A DNA stretch of 64,000 nucleotides, taken from positions 43,892 to 107,891 of the forward strand of contig CAZINP010000003.1 of assembly GCA_964540635.1 (NCBI GenBank), read 5' to 3'. Of the stretch, positions 57,077 to 64,000 are shown one piece after another. Made by a program: the position numbers and the translations under genes. How positions within the stretch are numbered: position 1 is the first letter of the stretch; each line of letters starts with the position of its first letter. The notes beneath the pieces are model-generated. The model saw nothing but the letters and a program-made list of their open reading frames with translations. It did no database searches and had not been told where the DNA came from. The DNA is from an uncultured Gammaproteobacteria bacterium. GTDB taxonomy: Bacteria; Patescibacteriota; Patescibacteriia; Buchananbacterales; UBA6539.

Positions 57077-57610
57077 ATGAATTTAAAGACAAAAATTTTA
57101 TTTGCCGCCTTCTTGGTTGGCTTGGGTTTATTGGCAAGGTTGGCGCCACATTTTTGGAATTTTGCGCCGATTACTGCCATTGCCCTTTTTTCCGGCGCTT
57201 ATCTTGGCAGACGCTGGGGCGCAATGGTGCCGTTAGCCGCAATGTTTGTTGGTGATTTATTTATTGGTTTTTATGAATGGCCGTTAATGATTACGGTTTA
57301 TGCTTGTTTTGCGCTGTTTGGTTTGGCCGGTTCAATCATTTCCAAGAATAAGAATTTCAAATCGGTTTTAGCTCTTAGTCTCACGGCCTCTATTTCCTTT
57401 TTTATCTTAACGAATTGGGCGGTTTGGCAATTCTCTCCTTGGTATGCCAAAACTTTTTCCGGCTTAATCGGATGTTATACCAATGCTTTGCCTTTCTATC
57501 GCAATACTTTGTTGGGAGATGTTTTTTACACCCTGGCTTTGTTTGGCTCATACGAGTTAGTTAGAAATTATTCCCAGAAATGGCAGCTAAAAGCGATTTT
57601 TTCGCGTTAA
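57077..57610 (+). CDS. DUF6580-like putative vitamin transporter (ECF S-component-sized membrane protein)
   Basis: RLAPH.WNFAPI.AIALFSGA, PL.AMFVGD..IGFY, FF.LTN.AVW, Y.KT..GL..CY..ALPF.RNTLLGD; about six TM helices. Confidence 0.78.
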   Translation: MNLKTKILFAAFLVGLGLLARLAPHFWNFAPITAIALFSGAYLGRRWGAMVPLAAMFVGDLFIGFYEWPLMITVYACFALFGLAGSIISKNKNFKSVLALSLTASISFFILTNWAVWQFSPWYAKTFSGLIGCYTNALPFYRNTLLGDVFYTLALFGSYELVRNYSQKWQLKAIFSR

Positions 57611-57630
57611 AATCAAACAGAAATTTATTT

Positions 57631-57658
57631 GACCGGCAAGCCTTGCCGGTCTTTTTTT
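57631..57658 (+). terminator. Intrinsic terminator closing the B12 operon
   Basis: gaccggcaa-gcc-ttgccggtc-T7. Confidence 0.85.
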
Positions 57659-57706
57659 ATTTAGATTTATATTGTATAATATAGGGAAGAAAATAAGCAC
57701 AAAACT

Positions 57707-58165
57707 ATGACAGAAAATCAAATTAATCAAAACCTGGCGGATGAGTCAAAGTCTTTTCATGATCAAATTGATGAGGTCAGAGGCATTGCCGAGGAAAATC
57801 TGCATTATATAAAAGCGATTTATCAAGCCAAAACGGACGGCTTGGGTAAGGATGAGGCTGATTTAAGGCAACTGGTTCAGGAAAACTTAAATTTGTCCCA
57901 TGAAATTTATCGTTTGGTTAAAAAAATCAGGAAACAGCTTTTGTGGCAAAAGATTTTTGGCTTTTTGAAATTTTTAATTATCGTTGTTCCTTTGGTGGTG
58001 GGTTCAATTTATTTATATCCCATGCTTCAGGAAATGATTGGAACTTACCAACAAATAACGGAAATGACCAAGGGTAATACGGTTGATGTCTCAAAATTGA
58101 ATTTGGATACCAGTAAGCTTAGCCCGGAAGTTATTCAAAATTTATTAAAACAGATTAAAAATTAA
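57707..58165 (+). CDS. Hypothetical single-pass membrane protein
   Basis: Coiled-coil-like N-part with two ENL repeats, then a TM helix. Confidence 0.7.
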   Translation: MTENQINQNLADESKSFHDQIDEVRGIAEENLHYIKAIYQAKTDGLGKDEADLRQLVQENLNLSHEIYRLVKKIRKQLLWQKIFGFLKFLIIVVPLVVGSIYLYPMLQEMIGTYQQITEMTKGNTVDVSKLNLDTSKLSPEVIQNLLKQIKN

Positions 58166-58168
58166 CAT

Positions 58169-58588
58169 TTGGCTATGCTCAAAGAGTTTTATAAGTCATT
58201 GCCCAAGAGAACAATTATCTTGCTTTTGATTTTTATCACTTTATTGGCAATTGCCAATACTTATATTTATTTTTACCGTCAGAATATTAAAGGTGTTGTT
58301 AATAAGTATCTTTCCGAAATTACTGTTTGTGAGAATATTAAAGATGAGCAAACTTGTTTTGAAAAGGATTTTTGTGAGGGTATTTATGATAACGACGGCT
58401 CAGTTTTAAGTTTTAAATCTTGTCGTCGCATTAGCAATGAATCAATAGAAAACCAAAGAGCGCAACAACAATTATGCGAAAGAACTCAGGGAACATGGTA
58501 TGTTAATAAGCTTGGCTCGTTTTGTCTTTGCCAGTCAGCCGGTCCGGGAAAAATATTTGATTCAAATAATGGTTGTCTTGATCAATAA
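58169..58588 (+). CDS. Hypothetical membrane-anchored Cys-rich protein
   Basis: N-terminal TM, eight Cys, LCERTQGTW..CLC..F....GC; start may be ATG 58175. Confidence 0.65.
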   Translation: MAMLKEFYKSLPKRTIILLLIFITLLAIANTYIYFYRQNIKGVVNKYLSEITVCENIKDEQTCFEKDFCEGIYDNDGSVLSFKSCRRISNESIENQRAQQQLCERTQGTWYVNKLGSFCLCQSAGPGKIFDSNNGCLDQ

Positions 58589-58594
58589 TATATT

Positions 58595-59690
58595 ATGAAA
58601 GAAGTTATCCAAAAATTTAAAGATTTAAAAGACCGCATTTCGGCAACCCGGAGGTTACTTTGACCTGGACAATCTTAAGGCGGAAATAAAAAAATTAGAA
58701 GAAAAAATGATCGCGCCAGATTTCTGGCAGGATCAGGAAAGCGCTAAATCAATTTCCAAGAAATGCGAGAGTTTAAAAAAAACTGTTGGGTCTTGGGACG
58801 AAATTGACAGCGAAGTTTCTGCAAACCTTGAGATTGCTCAGCAAGCAGTTGATGATCTTGATTTGGAAGGAGAGTTAAAAAAAGAATTGAATAAATTAGA
58901 AAAAGAGTACGAGAAACTTGAGTTTCTTGTTTTATTTTCCGGAAAGTATGATCAAAACGACGCGATTATTTCGATTCACGCCGGCACCGGCGGCACGGAA
59001 GCTCAGGATTGGGCGGAAATGCTTTTAAGGATGATAATGCGTTTTTCCGAGAAGAATGATTTTGAAGTTAAGTTAATTGACGAAACGAGAGGGCAGGAGG
59101 CGGGTATAAAAAGCGTAACCATTGAGGTTTCCGGCCCTTATACTTACGGCCATTTAAAATCTGAAGCCGGTGTTCATCGCCTGGTGAGAATTTCACCCTT
59201 TGATGCGGAAAAAATGCGCCATACCTCTTTTGCCTTAATTGAAGTGCTGCCTGTTTTAGACGATAGCGATGATTTTGAAATTAACGAAAAAGATTTAAGA
59301 ATTGACGTTTTTCGTTCCGGCGGCGCCGGCGGTCAAAGTGTTAATCGGACCGATTCGGCGGTGCGCATTACCCATCTGCCTACCAATATTGTGGTAAAAT
59401 GTCAAAACGAGCGTTCGCAGTTGCAGAATAGAAAAACCGCAATGAAGATTTTAAAATCCAAATTAGCCGAATTGTCACAAAAAGCAAAAGGTAAAGAAAT
59501 AGCCGAAATCAGGGGTGAGGTTTTGGAAGCGGCTTGGGGCAACCAAATCAGGTCTTATGTGCTGCAGCCTTACAAGCTGGTTAAAGATCATCGTACTGAT
59601 TTTGAAACCAGCGACCCCGATGCGGTTTTAAACGGAGATTTGGATGATTTTGTCGCGGCTTATTTAAAACATATAAACCAAGTTAAATAA
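58595..59690 (+). CDS. prfB: Peptide chain release factor 2 with +1 programmed frameshift (about 364 aa)
   Basis: 22-codon ORF from ATG 58595 ends CTT-TGA-C (58658-58664) preceded by GGAGG; +1 frame continues into the SPF/GGQ-containing ORF. Confidence 0.95.
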
Positions 59691-59706
59691 TAAATTTTAC
59701 TTTTTT

Positions 59707-60636
59707 ATGAAGATTCTTGTTACCGGTGGTGCCGGATTCATCGGTTCGCATTTAATTAAACTTTTATTGGAAAGAGGGGATCAGGTTGTGTGCCTAGATA
59801 ATTTTTTCACCGGCCAAAAAAGAAATATTAATCAATTCTTGGAAAATAAAAATTTTGAGTTGATGGTTCAGGACGTTACCTTGGCAATTGATTCAAAAGT
59901 AGATCAGATTTATAATTTAGCTTGTCCGGCTTCGCCAATTCATTACCAAAAAAATCCGGTTGAAACCGTTAGGACCAATGTTTTGGGGGCGATTAATTGT
60001 TTAGAGCTTTCTAAGAAATTGGGCGGCGTAAAAGTTTTACAAGCTTCAACTTCTGAAGTTTATGGCGACCCCAGTATTCATCCTCAGCCAGAGAGTTATC
60101 ATGGTAATGTCAGTTGCATTGGTCCAAGAGCTTGTTATGATGAAGGTAAGCGTTGTGCTGAGACTTTATTTTTTGACTATCATCGTCAGGATGGCATACC
60201 AATTAAAGTGGTGAGAATTTTTAATACTTACGGTCCGAATATGGCCGCCGATGATGGTCGGGTGGTTTCTAATTTTATTATTCAAGCTTTGAAAAACCAA
60301 GACATAACCATCTACGGCAAGGGTGATCAAACTCGTTCATTTTGCTTTGTTTCCGATCTGGTTTCCGGTTTGATTAAAATGATGGATTCAAATGGTTTTA
60401 CGGGTCCGGTTAATCTTGGCAATCCGGGAGAGTTTACAATCAAGGAATTGGCCGAAATGATTATTGAAATGACAAAGAGTAAGAGCAAAATTGTTTATCA
60501 ATCTTTGCCGGCCGACGATCCCAAGCAGCGAAAGCCGGATATTGCTTTGGCAAAAGCAAAACTTGGCTGGGAACCGACGATTCCATTGAGCCAGGGTCTA
60601 GAAAAAACAATAAATTATTTTGAATCAATAATTTAA
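59707..60636 (+). CDS. UDP-glucuronate decarboxylase (UDP-xylose synthase) family
   Basis: [64 protein letters not shown]. Confidence 0.92.
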   Translation: MKILVTGGAGFIGSHLIKLLLERGDQVVCLDNFFTGQKRNINQFLENKNFELMVQDVTLAIDSKVDQIYNLACPASPIHYQKNPVETVRTNVLGAINCLELSKKLGGVKVLQASTSEVYGDPSIHPQPESYHGNVSCIGPRACYDEGKRCAETLFFDYHRQDGIPIKVVRIFNTYGPNMAADDGRVVSNFIIQALKNQDITIYGKGDQTRSFCFVSDLVSGLIKMMDSNGFTGPVNLGNPGEFTIKELAEMIIEMTKSKSKIVYQSLPADDPKQRKPDIALAKAKLGWEPTIPLSQGLEKTINYFESII

Positions 60637-60637
60637 T

Positions 60638-61312
60638 ATGAACGATCACGGTGAGAGAAATTTAGAACAGCAAAAACAATTAGCCGAATCATGGTTGTTG
60701 GATTTTGGCGAAAGCCTTAATTCGGCAATCAAAAACCCCGAATCTGATTTTGATCAAATTATGGATGTGGTTTGGGAAAAAGGAATATTGAATCGGATTT
60801 GTCCCGACAGCCAGGAAGTAAAAGCCGCCAGAAAAAATTTAGGCAGGAATGTGTATGAAGGTCAAAAAGAAGATTCTGATCTTTATTGGCGTTTATTAGC
60901 GTCGGCTGAGAACGTGGAGTATGCCGCCAAAAATAGTTTGACCCTTGCTTCCGGTGATCTATCGCCGATGTTTGAGGCCTTTGTGGCAATGAATAGTCCT
61001 GAGATTAAAAGAAGATTTTTTCAGAAAGATGATGACGGTAGGGAACTAGACAAAGTTATTGACGCGATTAGGCAAAAAGCGATTTCTAAAATTTCTGATT
61101 TAGAAAAAAAACAAGTGCCGGCCTTGCCGGCCTATGGTAAAAAGATTAATGTCGCAGGCATTGATTTAAAGGTTCGCTATACGCCTAACGGTCAAATTGC
61201 TTTGGAAGCTTTTAGTCCAGAAGATCATGAAAAAATTGGTCAGATGACTGATTATACCGGTACAATCTCACCCAAAAAATTATTTGAATTAGGTTTTGAA
61301 GAAGTAAAATAA
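60638..61312 (+). CDS. Hypothetical protein
   Basis: 224-aa ORF tightly packed between two epimerase-family genes. Confidence 0.65.
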   Translation: MNDHGERNLEQQKQLAESWLLDFGESLNSAIKNPESDFDQIMDVVWEKGILNRICPDSQEVKAARKNLGRNVYEGQKEDSDLYWRLLASAENVEYAAKNSLTLASGDLSPMFEAFVAMNSPEIKRRFFQKDDDGRELDKVIDAIRQKAISKISDLEKKQVPALPAYGKKINVAGIDLKVRYTPNGQIALEAFSPEDHEKIGQMTDYTGTISPKKLFELGFEEVK

Positions 61313-61319
61313 TAATTAT

Positions 61320-62237
61320 ATGAAAATTTTTGTTACCGGCGGTGCCGGATTCATTGGCTCAAATTTGGTCGATGCTTTAATCGAACTTGGTCATCAGGTT
61401 TGTATTATTGATAATCTGTCAACCGGCCAGAAAGAGAATATTAACCAACAGGCGAAATTTTTTGAACTTGATATTCAGGATAAAAAATTGGCTGAAATTT
61501 TTGAGTCTGAAAAGCCGGAAGTAGTTTTTCATTTAGCCGCCCAGATTGACGTGAGAAAATCCGTAGCTGAACCGGTTGAAGATGCCAAAGCAAATATTTT
61601 AGGCTCGCTGAACCTTTTGGAAAATTGCAAAAAATTTAAAATAAAAAAAATAATTTTTTCTTCCACCGGCGGCGCAATCTACGGCGATTCAGACATTGTT
61701 CCCACGCCAGAATCCGCACCCCAATTGCCAATTTCACCTTATGGTATTGGCAAGCTTTCCGTTGAAAAATATCTTTATTATTACCACATTGTTCATGGTT
61801 TGGATTATACGGTTTTAAGATATGCCAATGTTTATGGTCCTCGGCAAAATTCCCACGGGGAAGCCGGTGTGGTTGCGATTTTTTGCGATAAGCTTTTAAA
61901 AAATCAACCCCCGATAATTAACGGCGACGGCAAGCAAACCAGAGATTATGTTTATGTGGCAGATGTGGTTTCGGCTAATTTAGCGGCCTTAAATTCTTTG
62001 CCCGGCCAAACTTATAATGTCGGCACCGGAATTGAAAGTGATGTTAATAAAGTGGCGGCATTGATTAAAGAGGGTATTGGCAGTGATTTGGATTTTTCAT
62101 ACGGTCCGGCTAAACCAGGCGAGCAAAAACGTTCATGTTTAAATTATGACAAAATCAAAAAGGAACTTGGTTGGTTGCCAAAAACCAGCTTGGCCCACGG
62201 CATAGCCGCCACAACCCAGTGGTTTATAAATAAATAA
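61320..62237 (+). CDS. NAD-dependent epimerase/dehydratase (UDP-glucose 4-epimerase-like)
   Basis: [36 protein letters not shown] (YxxxK), LRYANVYGPRQ..GEAGVVAIF. Confidence 0.9.
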   Translation: MKIFVTGGAGFIGSNLVDALIELGHQVCIIDNLSTGQKENINQQAKFFELDIQDKKLAEIFESEKPEVVFHLAAQIDVRKSVAEPVEDAKANILGSLNLLENCKKFKIKKIIFSSTGGAIYGDSDIVPTPESAPQLPISPYGIGKLSVEKYLYYYHIVHGLDYTVLRYANVYGPRQNSHGEAGVVAIFCDKLLKNQPPIINGDGKQTRDYVYVADVVSANLAALNSLPGQTYNVGTGIESDVNKVAALIKEGIGSDLDFSYGPAKPGEQKRSCLNYDKIKKELGWLPKTSLAHGIAATTQWFINK

Positions 62238-62322
62238 AAAGTTTTTTAAAAAAGGAGCATTGCCTCCTTTTTTAATTTACTCTCTTGATTATTCTGAATT
62301 TTTATTTTATTATTATTGGCGT

Positions 62323-63027
62323 ATGAGTAAATCGGCCTTATCAAGCTTAAAAAATAACCTCGCGGTTTTAGAGGAAATTATTGAGACTTTCAGCAGCAAC
62401 TTTGAGCTGAGAGAGATTTTAAATAATATTGCTAAAATAATCGGCAAAGTAACAAAGGCTGATTCTTGTTTTATATACCTTATTACCGGCGATGAGGTTA
62501 TTCTAAAGGGTTCGCAAAATCCGCATCATTCCAATTTAGCTAAGATAAAAATGAAATTGGGCGAAGGTATTACCGGTTGGGTGGCCGAGACCAAAAAAAC
62601 CGTTGCCATTTCTCAGAAAGCCTATGAAGACAAGCGCTTTAAACTTTTTTCCGGTTTACCGGAAGATAAATTTGAAGGCTTTTTGTCCGTGCCGATTATT
62701 TTTCAAAAAAAAGTAATTGGCGTCATTAATATTCAACATCGTCGATCAAAAAAATACTCTAAAAAAGATATTAGTTTTATGGAAACGATTGCCAAGCAAA
62801 TCGGCGGCATTTTGGAAGTATCGCGTTTGATCTCTGAGACAAATGTTTTAAAGGAAGCTTTAGAAACCCAAAAGTTAATTGCCAAGGCCAAAGCCATATT
62901 AATAAGATCGGGTAACCTTTCCGAAGAAGACGCTCATAAGCTTTTGGTTAAAAAGAGTATGGATAAAAGAAAAAGTTTAAAAGAGGTGGCCGAAGCTATA
63001 ATTTTAGCCGAAGACGTAGTCAGATAA
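62323..63027 (+). CDS. GAF-ANTAR one-component antitermination regulator
   Basis: GAF (LGEGITGWVA, DKRFK, FLSVPI...VIGVINIQH) + ANTAR (LETQKLI.KAK.IL....LSEEDAH..L...SM.KRKSLKEVAEAII); ATG 62323 preferred. Confidence 0.9.
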   Translation: MSKSALSSLKNNLAVLEEIIETFSSNFELREILNNIAKIIGKVTKADSCFIYLITGDEVILKGSQNPHHSNLAKIKMKLGEGITGWVAETKKTVAISQKAYEDKRFKLFSGLPEDKFEGFLSVPIIFQKKVIGVINIQHRRSKKYSKKDISFMETIAKQIGGILEVSRLISETNVLKEALETQKLIAKAKAILIRSGNLSEEDAHKLLVKKSMDKRKSLKEVAEAIILAEDVVR

Positions 63028-63071
63028 TTTTTCCTCTTGTCAAAAAAAATAATTTTGATAAAATATAAATA

Positions 63072-63128
63072 GGCACAAGGGCGTGCCCAAAAGACATAGA
63101 CGTCATCATAGTTTTGACGGCTTTTTTT
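63072..63128 (+). promoter_or_regulatory. ANTAR twin-hairpin target overlapping an intrinsic terminator
   Basis: P1 ggcac-AagGgc-gtgcc, 5-nt linker, P2 gac-AtaGac-gtc; P2 overlaps terminator cgtca/tgacg + T7; promoter TTGTCA..TAAAAT at 63037-63064. Confidence 0.85.
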
Positions 63129-63146
63129 ATTATTAATAAATTAATT

Positions 63147-64000
63147 ATGATTGAATTAAATTACGGCAATACCGCCTTTATGTTGGTTGCCACTGCCTTG
63201 GTGATGATTATGACGCCCGGCTTAGCTCTTTTTTATGGCGGTTTGGTTGGACGCAAAAACGTTTTGGCGATAATGATTCAAAGCTTTATTTCCATGAGTC
63301 TAACAACAATTATTTGGTTTGCTTATGGCTACTCTTTAAGTTTTTCCGGTGATAACTTTGGATTAATTGGCAATTTGGATTGGGCTTTTTTAAGAAATGT
63401 TGATTTGGGCTCACTGCACGCCAACGGTTTTCCAATTTTGGTTTTTATTGCTTATCAGATGATGTTTGCGGTTATTACCCCGGCTCTGATTACCGGCGCG
63501 TTTGCCAACAGGATTAGATTTGGCGCGTATCTTGCCTTTTTAACTCTTTGGCTTACTTTTGTTTATTTTCCGGTTTGCCATATGGCTTGGTCAGCCGACG
63601 GCTTATTAATAAAACTTGGCGTGCTTGATTTTGCCGGCGGTATGGTGGTTCATGCCACAGCCGGTTTTGCCGCCTTAGCTTCGGTCCTATTTGTTGGCAA
63701 GCGCGAACAAGTTACCGAGGCAGCCCACAATGTACCCTTGGTTGCCTTGGGAACCGGCTTGCTTTGGTTTGGCTGGTATGGTTTTAACGCCGGTAGTGAG
63801 TTGGCTGCAGACAGAATAACGGCTTTGGCTTTTTTGAACACGGATATTGCCGCTTCGGTGGCTGCAGCAGTTTGGCTTTTATTGGTTTGGGTGCTGGAAA
63901 AGAAACCGAAATTTGTCGGGCTTTTAACCGGGGCTTTAGCCGGGTTAGTTGCCATTACTCCGGCAGCCGGCTTTGTTACTCCCGGGGCGGCCTTTTTGAT
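63147..64000 (+). CDS. amtB: Ammonium transporter (3'-truncated; absent from the ORF track)
   Basis: MIELNYGNTAFMLVATALVMIMTPGLALFYGGLV.RKN, YQMMFAVITPALITGA, LDFAGGMVVH, LWFGWYGFNAGS, GLVAITPAAG. Confidence 0.95.
   Translation, partial: MIELNYGNTAFMLVATALVMIMTPGLALFYGGLVGRKNVLAIMIQSFISMSLTTIIWFAYGYSLSFSGDNFGLIGNLDWAFLRNVDLGSLHANGFPILVFIAYQMMFAVITPALITGAFANRIRFGAYLAFLTLWLTFVYFPVCHMAWSADGLLIKLGVLDFAGGMVVHATAGFAALASVLFVGKREQVTEAAHNVPLVALGTGLLWFGWYGFNAGSELAADRITALAFLNTDIAASVAAAVWLLLVWVLEKKPKFVGLLTGALAGLVAITPAAGFVTPGAAFL

Noticed and set aside
59707-61360. Near-identical first ~40 nt of the two epimerase-family genes
   Set aside because: Explained by the conserved GGAGFIGS nucleotide-binding motif; the rest of the genes is divergent
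1-64000. CRISPR array, transposase/integrase, prophage, reverse transcriptase/DGR, rRNA
   Set aside because: No regularly spaced repeat-spacer array and no recognisable recombinase, RT, phage structural or rRNA sequence was seen by eye

Overview
AT-rich bacterial chromosomal window in genetic code 11 (RF2 is present). Gene content and style (T4SS-pilin-type N-termini, short RelA/SpoT, near-absence of Shine-Dalgarno sequences) point to Patescibacteria/CPR; this is an inference, not a search result. Housekeeping genes include glyQS (partial), parA/parB, rel, topA, folC, dprA, pth, der, lepB, hisS, rpsU, ybeY, ftsA, ftsZ, frameshifted prfB and four tRNAs. Six items stand out. (1) A vitamin B12 scavenging module: a cobalamin riboswitch, a transcobalamin-like secreted protein, a DUF4430-like protein and a DUF6580-like permease, next to an adenosyltransferase and class II RNR. 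(2) A 1047-aa plus 5637-aa pair of pilin-headed, Cys-rich giant surface proteins, one with an internal pseudopilin-like domain. (3) Two adjacent, separately promoted, mutually complementary small-RNA candidates beside a membrane-anchored single-ring Clp ATPase. (4) A ~140-nt rod-like orphan ncRNA candidate. (5) rpsU with a perfect, hairpin-occluded 11-nt SD in an otherwise SD-poor window. (6) A GAF-ANTAR regulator with a twin-hexaloop antiterminator in front of amtB. All family assignments come from recognising motifs by eye; no database searches or folding programs were run.
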